This document shows, one piece after another, positions 25,440 through 38,925 of a stretch of DNA of 64,000 bases. The stretch comes from Hydrolagus colliei (taxonomy: Eukaryota): positions 2,356,001 to 2,420,000 of the forward strand of contig CM068758.1 in assembly GCA_035084275.1 (NCBI GenBank), in the 5' to 3' direction. A program made the translations under genes and the position numbers. Position 1 is the first letter of the stretch; every line of letters begins with the position of its first letter. The notes under the pieces were generated by a model that was not told where the DNA came from, made no database searches, and saw nothing but the letters and a program-made list of their open reading frames with translations.

Positions 25440-25690
25440 GCCCCAAATCATCTGCACAAGTACGTCTCCCACCAAAATTTTACTGGATAATAAATAGGGA
25501 ACGATAAGACCTGCCGGTTCTCTGGGTGATTTTCTCCTTCCCAGCTTTCCCAGCCCAGGGCACTGAGGCAAATTGTTAACAGCTGTATTGATGTCGGGTG
25601 GGGATCCTAACAGCATGGAGCAGAAATCAAACTCGAGCCCTGAGTTCGGGTTCTGTATGGTTCAATTTCACTTCAGGCAATGCCTTTACG
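25440..25690 (-). mobile_element. Ancient chondrichthyan SINE-like repeat
   Basis: CCCAGGGCACTGAGGCAAATTG...TCTGTATGGTTCA, related to 43080-43300. Family assignment recalled from shark genomes. Confidence 0.5.
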
Positions 25691-26069
25691 AACAGTTCAG
25701 AATCAATTATTTACTGTACATTCTGCCAATGCGAGCACAAAAATTCTAGCTGTAGCGCATGGGTGTAGTTCGCCCCCTGAGTGCAAGCCCTGAATAGTTC
25801 TTGTATTTTAAAATGGAGTTCATATTAAAGATAAAACGTGCGTTCAGGAAAGCATCGTTTGAGCTTTTATCTTTCCGAGTTTCAGACTCGCAATCATGTC
25901 CAACGTAAGATGTAGAGCGGGAGCAAAACAGCGCATAGTATTCTAAACTTACAGCAGGTGAAAACTGAGGGAGAGAGAGAGAGAAAGAGAGAGAGAGACG
26001 ACATACACTCGGCCATTTTCATGCTTGCTTTTCCGCCCAAGTCGTGGAAATGGCATTATCAATAATAAT

Positions 26070-26400
26070 AATAATAATAAGTTAATGCGGAAACTTCCCA
26101 CATTAGGACGTCCCCAAAATGCTTCAAAGTACTGCAAAGTGGAGTGACTGTATGTTTTGTGTCTTGTGAGCATACTCGACAGTGACCAGTTTTATTTGGA
26201 GAGGTGTTGGGGAGGGGGGGGGGGGGGGGGGGAATTGTCAGACAGGACACAAGGGGAAAGAGACAAACTCCGACCCTGTTTTGAATAGCGCTGCGGGAAC
26301 CTGGACGGCCGCCTGACCTGCCTGAGGGGGCCTCGGTTTTTAACGTCTCTTCCAAAGGACGGACCTCTCTAAACAGAGGTGCCCCCGAACTGTGCCCTTC
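26070..26400 (-). mobile_element. Old Deu-domain SINE
   Basis: GGGGCCTCGGTTTTTAACGTCTCTTCCAAAGGACGG is the antisense Deu core; degraded tail near 26070-26190. Confidence 0.7.
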
Positions 26401-26524
26401 TGCCAGCTGGTAGGAGCTACGCAGTTGGTAAATGGCATGGCTTCGGTTGAAACGCATCGGAGAAAGAGAAAAAAACAAGGTAGCAGAAAGCTTTGTTCGG
26501 ATATGACACATTTTCCATTCATCA

Positions 26525-26848
26525 AATAATCCTTGCATTTGATAGAGCGCTTTTCACGTCTTATCGACGTCTCAAAGCGCTTCACAGAATATACTGTAAA
26601 GTGAATTGACTGCATATTCATGGGCGAAACGCGGCAGCCAATTGCGCACAGCAGCATCCCCCACAAACAGTCATGGATTGTAAATGACCAATTGTATTAT
26701 TGTGGTTTTTGTTTTTTGGGGGCGGATTATTATCAGGCGTGTGCGCGTGGAAACTTGCCCAAGGTTTCGCCCTGACCTGCCTGGATTCGAACACAGGTCT
26801 CACGCTTGTAAGGCGAGCGCTCTAACCACTGAGCTACACGAACTCCAC
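26525..26848 (-). mobile_element. Full-length young SINE
   Basis: All modules intact and close to consensus. Confidence 0.96.
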
Positions 26849-27764
26849 AAATGCACCATTTACCCAATATTTGAGGTTATTCAACTGTCATCTTAAGCAA
26901 CCAAGATTTACCTTCCTAAATTATCCTTATTTTACCATCGCATCGTTATACACTTTAAAACCGGCTGCTCCGTTATTTGCAAGGACTGTAAATATACCGT
27001 ACGTCTAAATTATTCCAGAAATACGTTTTTTTAAAAAAAAAACATTCTTCATTGAACCACATTATTACGGGAAGTCTATTACCGACTAAATAACTAAAGT
27101 GAATGGAGTTCTTCCTTACACCTAGACAGCGATGCAAATGGACATTTCGAAGAGCCGGGGCAGGTTCTGTAGACGCCTTTTCACTTGCTTGTAGCATTAG
27201 AGTGTTTTAGCTTCCATTAACTTGTCACTTTACTTTGCTACCAAGTTTTCAAGGGAACCTATCGGTTCTGACAGAACCGCTGCCTGCTGCAAGAAGTAAT
27301 GCCTTTGGTACAAATGAGCGAAAACACCCTCCGAGCTGATGAATCAACCGGTGATCGAGACTGTCACGATTTGCCTTTAATTATCCGAACAAGTCGAGAA
27401 ACAGATGAAGAATAGATTTTCGGGAAATTGCCTATTGTTGTCAACATTTACAAACAGTAGATATAGGAACTATTTGCCCTATCTAGACCGCCCCCCACCA
27501 CCCCTGCCCTCCACCTCCCCCCACCCCACCATCTAACAAAAAATAATACGATGAGTGCGTTAACACTGAGGGATTTGTATTTTGATTAGAGTGTCCAATT
27601 GTATATTCATGAGGGCCCCTAGACAAATTCGACAGAACAAATTTTGAATGCTACATGTAGCGTCCCAGACTGAATCCCTTCAGCTTTGTATCAGTTACTT
27701 ACCCCCCCGTAAGAATAAATAGCCCTCAGAATTACTTCTACGGGTTTCACTCAACAGCTAGCGT

Positions 27765-27835
27765 CTAAGTGCCTTGGGACGTCCTCCCGACGTGAAAGGC
27801 GCTCTACCAATGTCATTTTGTTATTGTTGCTGTCG
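27765..27835 (+). mobile_element. Short L2 3' tail
   Basis: GCCTTGGGACGTCCTCCCGACGTGAAAGGCGCT...TTGTTATTGTTG. Confidence 0.8.
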
Positions 27836-29849
27836 TTTAAATGCTTGAATTCATGCTAAATGGTTTCAAAGCACACAGAATTTGAGCGTCTCCACATTTT
27901 TGGCGGGAGGGGGGGTAGGGGGGGGGGGGGGGGGGGGGGGGGTCAAGTCGGAAAAAAAATCTCGTGTTTTGTCGTGTCATGCATGCCCGGAATAGTTTTA
28001 ACAAATTCACATCTTTCTGCCAAAACAATCTTTTTTTCCTCTCTCTCTCTCTCTCTTTCCTTTTCCCTACGTATTTCAGCCGAGCTCATCAATTACTCCC
28101 AACAGTTTAAATAGCTGGCAGTGTTTATACAACATACTTTTCGGGTTATGCAGCCTGATACCGCAGCTCATTAAAAGCTTCTACATTTATTTGCTGTGTG
28201 ATACCGTCCTTAACTCTGGCACAACATATAAAAAAGGGGCCAATTTTACTTTTCCCTGTGGTGTTAATTGGTTGAGCACACTGCCTGCCTCTTCATTAAT
28301 TATGTCAATGCATATGAAACCTCCATTATCCTACTGGTACGTTAGCGAGGCTTCAAAAATGTAGCTGACACCGTGCCAGGAGACTGCTGGGGATGTGAAA
28401 TGTATAGTGAAGGTTATCAGTGGCCTGAATATTATTTATACTGAGCACCTTTGGCAGATGTTGCCACCAATATCCCTCCCCGACTTGAGGAAGCTTCCAG
28501 TTCTTCAGAGGTAAATAAGATCAACGCTACTGCCTGGAGTAGGTAAATCCTCATATGAGGAGCTGGTAATGGATCTGGAAACACTGTACCTTCACGGGAC
28601 AAATGAAGGATGAGAGGGTAACCCCTGACCTTAAAAGAAAAGAGAGGATCCAAAAACTCATTTCAGACAATCGAATGATACTGTATACTCATCACCGCCA
28701 CAACAACTTCTAACAAATCTCTAGCCACCAGTACTGTAGTGTAGTCACCTCTGCCCTATTGCTGCCTGCCTTTACAAAGTCTCTTGATGAAGACTGTACT
28801 CTTACCAAGGGTTAGACGTCCAGGAACAGGGGGGGTTAAAAGCACCGGCAAGGTTGGGGTTAAAGAAAACTGCAGATCGTAGGAGGAAGAGACAGCGAAG
28901 AGTTAAGGACAGTGCTCGCACATTCTTGAATTCCGGCAACGTTGTCTTTGAACACAGTTCCTTTTTCTAAAGCTAAAAAAAGTTACATTTTTAATGGCCA
29001 GCTCATCAGAAACCATTAACTCCATACAGATCATATTATAGTCCAACCCCATTCCCATAATCATCAGAACAAGTCCGTGTCATTTCAGAAGGTTTTTTTT
29101 TCTCTCTCTCCCTCTCTAATAGGAATATTGAAATCAGAACAGAGAGAAAAAAAAAGGTGGAAATCAGCGTATCATGTTAAAAAAAAACTCGGCTTTTTGT
29201 TTTGTCTTCTGCGGGAAAATGTTCAAAGGCTCCAAAAAAAAAAGCTTTTGTCGCATTCTTCATGCTAATCATTTTATGCGATAAGATTCCTAAAATAAAT
29301 TAGGACTTCGTTAGAGCAGTGAACTCCGGAGTAGTCAAGACTACGTTCAGTTATGAACGAGGCTTTCGTGTTATTACGACCGACTGATGAATGCAGCCGT
29401 GGCTCCTCCGTTTGCTCAGTTATACAACACTCCTCTTTGGTCAAAGAACAAACTGGGAAGTCAGGACAACTAACCCCTCCGCAGGGACCAGCGCTGATAC
29501 TTCACTATTCGGCTAACAAGAGGTATACTTCTGAAGGGCTGGAAATAATCCTGCCACTTTCTCCTTCCCCGGAGACAAAGCTCTTCACTGGGAGCTAAAT
29601 GCTTCATTTAGTGAAACGGGTCCAAACATTCAGGAAACCTCTCCGATAAAGATAATCGAGTGTGAATGGCGTTTCCAAAAAACCAGGACTCGATTCCAGT
29701 CTCTCTCTGGTCGGAGTAGAACGTTGCACAGAGAGAGCCATGGTGTCAGAGTCTCACAACTTTACACTTTAGCTAAGATTTTTTTTTAAAAAAACGAATA
29801 ATTGCTACACGAATAGGAGGGCATCTCGAAGCACTCCGTAGAAGACGTC

Positions 29850-30100
29850 GTAATAGTAATATTAATCCTTGCACTCGATATAGCGCTTTTCACGTCTTCT
29901 AGACACGTCAAAGCACTTTGTAGAATATACAGCAAAGTGAATTGACTGTATATATGTAAGCAAAACGCGGCAGCCAATTGCAGGCAGCAATGTCCCACAA
30001 ATAGCCATGGATTGACATGACCAATTAATATATATATATTTTTTTTAGGGATTATTATCAGGCATATGGAGTAAGGAAACTTGCCCAAGGTTTCACATTG
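29850..30100 (-). mobile_element. SINE lacking its head
   Basis: Family body and tail. Confidence 0.92.
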
Positions 30101-30304
30101 TAAAATGTAGTGACTGTGTATTTTGTAGGTGAACGCAGCAAACAATCTGTGCATAGCAATCCCACAAACAACTATGAAGTGCAAGTCTAATTTTATCTGA
30201 GGGATCGTTGGCTAGGACTCCATTTCAAAAAAAATGTTCTCTTTTCTGAAAGTGTCATGGGATCTTTAACATCTATCTGATTCATTTTTAATGTCTCAAC
30301 TGCA

Positions 30305-30580
30305 GGACTGAAGGCATGGGAAGAGGAGGCCTTGAAGGAGACAAGGGAAGCGGAGGCGTGGAAGAGCTCTGGGATGGACTTCCAGAAGATGGGGGCAGAT
30401 AGTTTGAAGGTGGTGTGGACAGGGTGGGGGACATGGAGCCAATGCCCACAGAGCAGAGGCAGCGGACAAGTTAGTAGTTTTAATAGATCACAGAGGTTTT
30501 GATAGATCACAGAGGTTGGGAGGAGCAACTGTTGAGTGCTTTAAGTTCTTTAAAGGTGGAGGATGAAGATCTTGGAACTC
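30305..30580 (-). mobile_element. Old L2 ORF2 C-terminal fragment
   Basis: Translation LCDLL...FKLSAPIFWKSIP...SLVSFKAS resembles L2 YLSDLL...FSxSAPxLWNSLP...SLxSFKxxLK. Confidence 0.7.
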
Positions 30581-33304
30581 ATTCCTCTGGGGGATATTTG
30601 CTGGGATAGACCATACTGTATAGTGACATGAACCATCTTCGATAAAATAGCCCCACCACACAGAGGAGTGAATATTCTGAGAGTACGAATAATCGCTCTT
30701 CTGTATGTTTATTGCACAGTTTGGGTTTGGTGGTGTAGAAACTAATACGTTTCAACCACATATTTATTGCACATTGTGCGCTGAGGAATTGCTTTGGGTT
30801 TGAAGGGAAACTTCACAAGATTTGTGAACAGCCATCATGTCAGGATATTGAGGTGAGGCGTCAACAGGATTGGGGAATAAAACACTTTTCTGCTTCGTAT
30901 CCAGTGACAGCGTCAAGGACTCGGAGGAGAGCACAGAGTCTCTCACACAGTTCGAGCACTCTGACCACAAAACACTTGAATCCTAAATTCACAAATTGGC
31001 TTCCTCCATTCCAGCAGCAAATCTGCTTTACCTCCAATAATAATATTACGACTAATAATAATAATTACCATTAATATTACTGATCATTTTTTTTTTCCTC
31101 TCAAAGAGTGACAATCCTGAAATATAGTTAATTATTTTAAACGCCTATCCTCTCCAAGCTGTGGATTTCAAAACACAGTCCCCAATTCAATGCCAAGCGG
31201 GATATTTGAGACCACTAACCCTTTAGCCCCTACACTCTCAACCTCCTGAAATCCCTGCTATGAATACCCCTCCCCCAGCCCTCCATGCCCCCACCTCAAT
31301 CTCTAACCTCACTATTGTGTATTGCTCAAGCAGTACTGTTTAAAGAGCACTGTATAAATGCAAATTGTTTTCTTTTGTTGTTGAAGGCCTGAAATCCTCC
31401 AGTGTTGATTCCCATCCTCGAGCTGCTTGCTCTGCTTTACGTGACAAAGTGTTTAACCTCGAGATCAGTTCGAAATGAAGAGCTCGCACGTCCCCAAAAA
31501 TATGTTGATCAATAAAAGAGCAGAAGTGTTACTTTAAGGCCCGCCGTCAGTTAAGCAATTTTGCTTGTCATTCAGAAGACGTTTGTATTTTTTAAAAATG
31601 ATAAAAATGCTAATTTGGCAGTTTTTAATCTGTGCGTGAAGGTGATGAAGAATAAAAAAACCTTGCAGGGAAAAGAATAAAGTACTTTTCACCAATTTGT
31701 TCGAGTTCACTGGTAAAACCCACTGCAGGTTACACTTTCCTTTTTTTTTAATAAAGATCATTTCACTGACTGTCTGAGCTGCCGAGGATACAATTTCAAG
31801 GTACCATAAATTACCAAAGGGCTGGAGAATCAAATCTTTGAACGATACAGGAAAAAACGAGCAATGGTAATAATAATAATCCACAGTATATACAAGCATA
31901 ATACATTGGATTTTAGTTGATATTGCATCGAGATGAATGTTATCAGTCTGGCGTGGCCTAAGTGACCATAATACAATATTGTTTGATGGTGCAATATATA
32001 TTTAAATGGGCAGACATGTAAAAAAAGGTAATGAAGGGGCTATAAAACAAAATAAATTACAATCGCCTTGCTGATCAGGTAGAAAATGCCACGGAGATTG
32101 ATAAGGTTATTTGAATCTCTGCTATCAGCTTTTCTTAGCTGTATACATACACACATCTGCATGGTATTTCCATAAACCCATGAAATCACAGGGATGAAAA
32201 ATGAGATTAAGATGAGCGGCAAAGGGCTAAATTGGTTGAGAAAGGCCATCAAACCATGTGCAATGTCAACGCACTCGCACAGTGGGAGAAAGCAATGAAG
32301 TAGTGCTCTGAGTGAAGAGGGTTGTTCAACACATACTGGATTGCATTTGGGTTTATATCTGCCAGCAGCATTATTTAATAAAGTGTATAAAATTTCAATT
32401 TCTGAAGCCATTTCCTCTCCTCACTTTCTGTCCGTTTAACTATTCGTCATTTAGCGCTTCCTGTTATCGCTGCGTTTTGTCCACTTAACCTTTTTATTTG
32501 GCTCCCAAATCCGACGGAGTTGCATTCGAGTTAATGGCTTGCGTGCCGAACGCAGTCATGTTATATTATTTTGCCGTTATTTCAACGTGGCGGAAACAGA
32601 AATAAATAATCTCGCCGAACTGATTGATGGCGTTCCAAAAGTACAATAGCAGCAGCACACGAAAGACAAGTTGCAAGAACGTATGTGAGTTCTTCGGCTC
32701 ATTTACAAAATTGAACACACTTAGCCATAGATCAGGAGATATTTGTATCCGCACATTACCACATCACCACCAAGATCTTTTAGTTTAACCGAACCAATTT
32801 TTCAGAAGTCTTACTTATTTCAAAAAATTGCACACCAGTTAATCTCATGACACACAACCCAAACATTCCACACATTAGCGCTATCAACGACCACTTGAAT
32901 ATCACTCCCATCACGTACAAGAATGCCTCAAAGCACTTAAGCTCTATCACTCATAAGGTCTACCTACTTCAGGACATACATAGCAAAAATAGCTGTTTAT
33001 CTGCTTGAGAACTGCGTAAGTATTCAAGCAGAGTGGTGTTCAAATTTAGAAGGTTTTTGAAGCAAGGGGCATGCATTTTAATTGAAGCTTGTCAAATTAC
33101 ATTGTACTGAAAAATACTCTGAAAGTCAAAGGCTGTTATTTTGTCAGCTTGTTGCTCATGTAATCATCCTTCTCCTGAAACTCTATAATTGCTTAAGGAG
33201 GTAGATAGTTATTAACATTTTGGCTAAAGTATTTATTTCGGATTGTGCGAGCAAATCAACCTAGTGGATTGTAGATGGTACAATGTGGCTTTGCAGGTGC
33301 AAAT

Positions 33305-33690
33305 ATAACACAATACAAATCCACACTTAGCACCTTTCATGTTGGGAAGATGTCCCATCGACCACTTAACGGTCCTAACGTGGTGTCTGATCTGTGGGTG
33401 GGACCCAATAGGGGTGAGGAGAGGAAAGGTGACATAAGGCACAGCCATAGAGGTAGGTTTTGAAAGAGTTGAGCGAGGGAGCAATTCAGAGGCTTTGGAG
33501 AAGACGTTTAGAGTGCACAGTACAGAGAGTGAGTCAAGGTAGGCACTTTGCAAAGAGGAAGGGGAACTATATTTAGAGTGTTGAGATGGGCACTTATCAT
33601 AGACCTTTTTTTTTAACAGCGTTACCAAGAACAGAACAACAACAAATCGCATTTATATTGTGCCTTTGGTGTTGGGAGGACGTACCCCAG
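33305..33690 (-). mobile_element. Old L2 3' fragments
   Basis: Two antisense L2 tails (CCTTTCATGTTGGGAAGATGTCCCA and CAACAACAAAT...GGGAGGACGT) with a purine-rich UTR. Confidence 0.6.
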
Positions 33691-36133
33691 AACTGGCAAA
33701 GATTTGATGGCAGATCCATTGCCAGCCACTGAACTGGGGGGAAAGGCAAACCAACCGGCGAGACCGAGAGGGGAGAAAGTCAAAATGACGCAAAACCAGG
33801 GTTCCGTGGTGGAAACCGTCCCCCGAAAAAACGTTTTTTGTCAAACACGGGTGCTACTGGTTCAAATGAACGGGCGCCCGTTTTAATCACTGCGAAAAAC
33901 GAGACCTCGGTTAATCCTAGGAGGAGTAGGGGTAGCTACTCGGTTTCTACTTAACAAGATGTCTTTATCAGGCCCCGAACATACACACTGATGGGAGTGG
34001 TGTACTCCCTCGAAGGAAGATAAGTGTTTTCATTACAGTGCTTCCCGATACTGCCACATAACTCACCCCAGTGGTGGTGGGGGTAGTTACTTTGCGCATT
34101 GACTATGAGGGGAGTGCGCGGTTACACGTATTTACTTCTCTGGTGTGCATTCGCCAAGTTCCACCTGCCCTTGCTCGATTCACTCTTGAGTGAACCTGCC
34201 ATCGCCCACCCACCCCAAAAAAATAAAATAAATTAGGTTAAAAGGTATGAATGTTCCAGTGGGGGTATAATCTACAAGATAGATATCAGGCTGGGGAGGT
34301 CTTGTGTGCAGTTCTCTAATGTTGCTAAGAAATAAGCCTGACCTCAGGCTGATCACAACCGGTAATGTATTAGAATGGCCTATTTGACACCCCCTCCCAT
34401 TTAGGTGAAATATTAATAATATACAAGTAGCTAGTGGCTCACTGCTCACAGCCGGTGTTAAATTTTCCCTGCCTGGCACACATCCCATCCTTAACGCATA
34501 TTAATGCATCATGCACCTCATATGCACAGAAATAATCAACTCTGTGAAAACACACTGGCTGCCATTGCTCTCTCTTTAGGGAGGGGAATAACTCAACCTT
34601 TTTTGAAGGCGGAATACGACTGAGCCGTGAGCTTTTGATAAATATAGAAGAACAAAGATTTGTTCCTGTAATCCACCCGCCTGCATGCTGACTGACAGGA
34701 CCTAGTGAATACTGCAAAAGTTTGTGTCACGCCGGTGAAAAATTATCTAATAATATACTGCATTTCATCGGCATTTTTCTACTTTTTACTATACCACACA
34801 TTGGGAATTTCAAGTAGTTTTACTCTCTGATATTGAGGTGAAAATCCCAGATGAACTGTACGAATGCTTTACTGCTGATCGCTTCGGTCTTGAAATGAAA
34901 AGCATCATATATACTTTGATATAACAACATTCAAGAGGGCCAGCTTCAGACTTAACGTAGCCAAAGTCCTCTTAATGAGACATTTAAGCCTTTTAAGGAA
35001 ACCTTTGCGAATTTCCACTAATAACTTGTCACATTGCATTAATACACACAGAACAGATGCTCCACCATGTAATTTCATCCAAAAGCATCCGAATCTCATG
35101 ACTGCACAGGAACCGCAGAGGAACCCAGTGATTTAACAGAGCATTTTACCACTGTTGTGAGATGCATTTTTTTTGCTGGTCTCACTGGGCACCTCACTAA
35201 CAGGGCACGGCTTTTGTCTTGAAACCATGCATTTTTTTGCCCTGTTTGCCGAGGACGAAAGCAAATGGGAACTCTATTTTGTCTGCAAAAAAATATATAA
35301 AAATTAAACATTGCTCACCTTTGCGGAAACACTAAAGAAAATAATGGGGACCGTGCAAATGATCAGATGAAAGGTAAAAAGGCTTTACTCCATTCAGACA
35401 AAAATAGTGCGAAAGGATGGAGGTAAATAGCTTATCTTCACTGCATTAATCTACCTGTGTTCTCACACAACACTGTATATATTTTAATATGAATTTGCAT
35501 TCTTAATTTCCTGGCCTGTATCTTTTCAGTTGCTGAAATAATTTGGCACTTCAAAAAAATGTAATTTTCCCGTAATAGAATAGAATAAACATGCTTCTAA
35601 TATCATACACCCCAAAATAAATTAGATCAAGTATTCATTTGTTTTATTCGTTTTTTTAAATCTCTGCTGTATTTTGTCATTCAATGTGAACCTGATACTC
35701 TACTTTAGCAAAGTGGCATATTACCTTTGGACAACGTAGATTCAAATACAATTCAATCAAATAACTCCTTTTTTTTTATTTTCTGCTATCCAATTATTTT
35801 TACTTTTTCCAGCTTGCAAACAACCACCATAGGTGTGTCGAGGCAATTGAAATGGGGTGTAGGGGAAGCCCGTTTGGATTTGGATTTACTCTGTTTTCTT
35901 TGCGTTTCCCAACCGTGTTCGAAACTTGTCAAATTCTTAAATATGGCCTTAATCTGGAGGCAGATTTATTTGTCTGTGCTTTCTTTTAAGAACTGCAGAA
36001 AACCAGCCCGAAAGATAAGGCTGAATTCAACAAATTGCCCCCGATTCTGAAATGGTACAAAAATGAATGTGAATCCAAAAGCAGGTGGAATCTCTCCACA
36101 GATGTCTCCTCCACTAAGGTAGAGATATGACAC

Positions 36134-36297
36134 ATCATAGAATCATATCACAGAATCATAAAATCATACTGCATAGTAGGAGGCCTTTCAGCCTCTCGTC
36201 TGTGCCAGCGCTTTGAAAAGAGCTGTCCAAATCAATCCCACTCCACCTCGTTCTCCCCGTAGCCCTACAAACTTGTCCTCCTCAAATAATTATCTAC
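36134..36297 (-). mobile_element. CR1 3' end
   Basis: (ATCATAGA)-type 8-bp tail repeats followed by GGAGGCCTTTCAGCC...TGTGCCAGC, typical of antisense CR1 termini. Confidence 0.8.
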
Positions 36298-37436
36298 TGA
36301 TCTCGTCTATGGATTCCTTTTGTCCAGTGGCCTCAGAATCGGTGCCATTGGTTACGACTGCGGCTGTCACTTGAATCCCAGGTGGCAACTCAATCTACGA
36401 TAAAGACACCAATTAGCCAGCTTTAACATCGACCGGGGTTGGATCTGAATTAGGGCAAATATAGATGAAGCTATGAGGGTAACCCATCAACATGGAACCA
36501 AGAGGGCAAACCCACTGAAACAAACACTAGGTGTTTTTTTCAACGTCAAAGTGATTTCACTGGACTCAAAGAATGGGTATTCACATCTTGGGATTAATAA
36601 TTGTAGATCCTGAGGGCTGGACTGACATATTTCCTGTGTCAATAGAATGCCACTTATTCAACCTCATTTTCAAAACAAAGGCACAAATAAATCGGGTCTT
36701 GTAAGAATCATACATTCCTCAAAATTTACATTTCAGAAGGAGGCAATTCAGGCCAATTGGGTTTGTACTTAGAGCAAGCTGTACTTTCAATACCATTGCC
36801 TTGCCCTCACCATCCATCTAAACCGCTAAACTCTCTCAAAAGAAACCAGTGTTAATTGAGGAAAATCTATCGTCTAACCAAAAATTCCAGTGTTCGTCAG
36901 AACATTAACTCAGCTTTGATCACAGAGTACATCTTAAAAGAGGTGCATTAATAGAAACATTTTGAAGGAAGATCAGCTTAACAAATAAGAAATTATAAAG
37001 CCATTAAACATCCCTCGCCGCTCCGCTATAAATCTTACTGCAAGTGAGCGTTTTACTGAACAATAATGTCATCGCTTGGCTGTGAACATTTTAACACTTC
37101 TGCAATCCTGGAGCGATAGTCTTCTTGTATTCCACCTACATGTCTGAAAGACAGGTTAGAACTGGTAGGTCCCCTGGGCGAGAGCATTCTTGTTCAGAAA
37201 ATGCACTCTCGGGAGTAACCTTGCACATGTACATACACAAAAAGGAGGCAAAGGCAATGCCAACATGGAAACCAATGAACTTCAACACCCGTTGCAATTC
37301 CACAACTTCATTGCTTTCAGGGACAATGCTGAACCCAAGTGCTGAATTTCAATGGTGCATATTATGCATTAGACCCTTTAAGAAAGAGATGAATTATAAA
37401 CCGATGAAACTCTTTTGGATTGACGTGTGACATGTA

Positions 37437-37515
37437 TGTGTGTGTGTGTGTGTGTGTGTGCGCATGTGTGTGTGTGTGTGTGTGTGTGTGCGCATGTGTG
37501 TGTGTGTGTGTGTGT
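37437..37515. repeat. Compound (TG)n microsatellite with two CGCA interruptions
   Basis: Read directly. Confidence 0.95.
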
Positions 37516-38813
37516 GAGAGAAAGGAAGTAAAAGGTTTTGATTAACTGATGCAAACAAATGTTTCCGTAGGCGATCCCATTGATGATGTTTGTTATTTTA
37601 AGATACATTGCCTCGCCTTTCCCAGTTTTATTGCCATGACTTGAATCACGCGTGCTTTTCCAGAAGAAAGACCAGATGTTACCACAAGGTGTTGTAATAC
37701 ATGAAATATTTTTTGCAGGCAAACAAACCCCATCTGGCTCCAAATTTCTTCTCTCTCGGTACGAGCCGCTTTATTATCGGGGGACTTATTAGATAGCAGT
37801 ATCATTCTGAGCACTCATACCAAGATAGCCCTAATCTAGTCTTATCACTTCCAGACAAAAGCACGGGATCCAATAGCCTTTCTTGCAATCCATCACTGTC
37901 AACAGCATTAAGGAAATTACCTGTCACAGAAATCATGGCTGAGATTCTGTGATTAAACACAAACTTAGAAAATACTCAAGGGTACCAAAATGCTCCAAAA
38001 AGCAAATCTTGAAAGCTAATTTCAATTGGGATGCATCCACATTAATTTTGCAACCATATGCACCTGAAGAAATAAGAAATAATGTAATCTAGCCAAGAGC
38101 GCAGAGAAAGCAAAGTAGTCAATTCTGACTATAATTGACATACAGTATCAACTCACATTTGAATTTCATGTTTCATTTTAAAAGACTCTCGCCAGTCAAA
38201 TTGCAAAACATTGTCCTAGTTTGGCTAAACAAGCTAAACTCCCTGCGCGTTTGATCACCAATATTGTTTATAGCATCCGAGAACATGCTGTTGTACGCAC
38301 ATATTTTATGCCTATCTCATTAAGCTCACAAGTCGAAATATGGATTTGTCTTCCAACTGCTGTGCTATGCATGTGTCACAACAGAAAAATGGTTCTGCCA
38401 GTTACACTACGAGGCGCAACCCAATGTAATCAGCCAGGGGATCCAACGCAGGGAATCAATGTTACTCTGTACACACATGGATTCCAGGCTTTCGTGCAGC
38501 ATGCTGTTGCGGTGCTCCTGCCTTTGTGTGTGAAGTCACTGGGGACAGAGCCCGCTCACGAGGAAAAGCTATTCCAATGGCCTCTCACTGCAACGCACGG
38601 GGCCAACATTGTTCAAGAGCGGGCCAGGCGTCTGGGGACAGAGGCGAGACCGACTAAAGCTATGATGAGACTTCTTCAGTCGAAAACGCAGGTTTTCAAA
38701 CCTGCGGAAATCAGACCGGGTCGTGGGAACACAGTTCCCAAAACGCTGCTGTTTGTACCTAATTAACGCCAGATTTGTCCATTTGCCCTCCGTGTGTATT
38801 TTATCGCGCTCAC

Positions 38814-38925
38814 GGTCACGTTCCCCCTTCCCCCTCGCTCGGCCTCGTGCTCCGCCATTGTGAAGCGCTCTGAGATGCCGTCTGACGTGGGAGGGCGCTA
38901 TATAAATTCAAGTTATTGTTGTTGT
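38814..38925 (+). mobile_element. L2 3' end (second L2 family)
   Basis: TGTGAAGCGCTCTGAGATGCCG...GGGAGGGCGCTATATAAAT...(TTG)n; same UTR type as 56519-56820. Confidence 0.8.

Noticed and set aside
27331-27370. CTGATGA-ATCA...TGAT-C-GAGA hammerhead-like string
   Set aside because: The GAAA box is mutated and no closing stem I can form.
30483-30517. Direct repeat ATAGATCACAGAGGTT
   Set aside because: A local tandem duplication inside a decayed L2 fragment.
38221-38766. 181-aa ORF
   Set aside because: Non-ATG start, no recognisable domain, no convincing splice boundaries, and opposite to the inferred gene.
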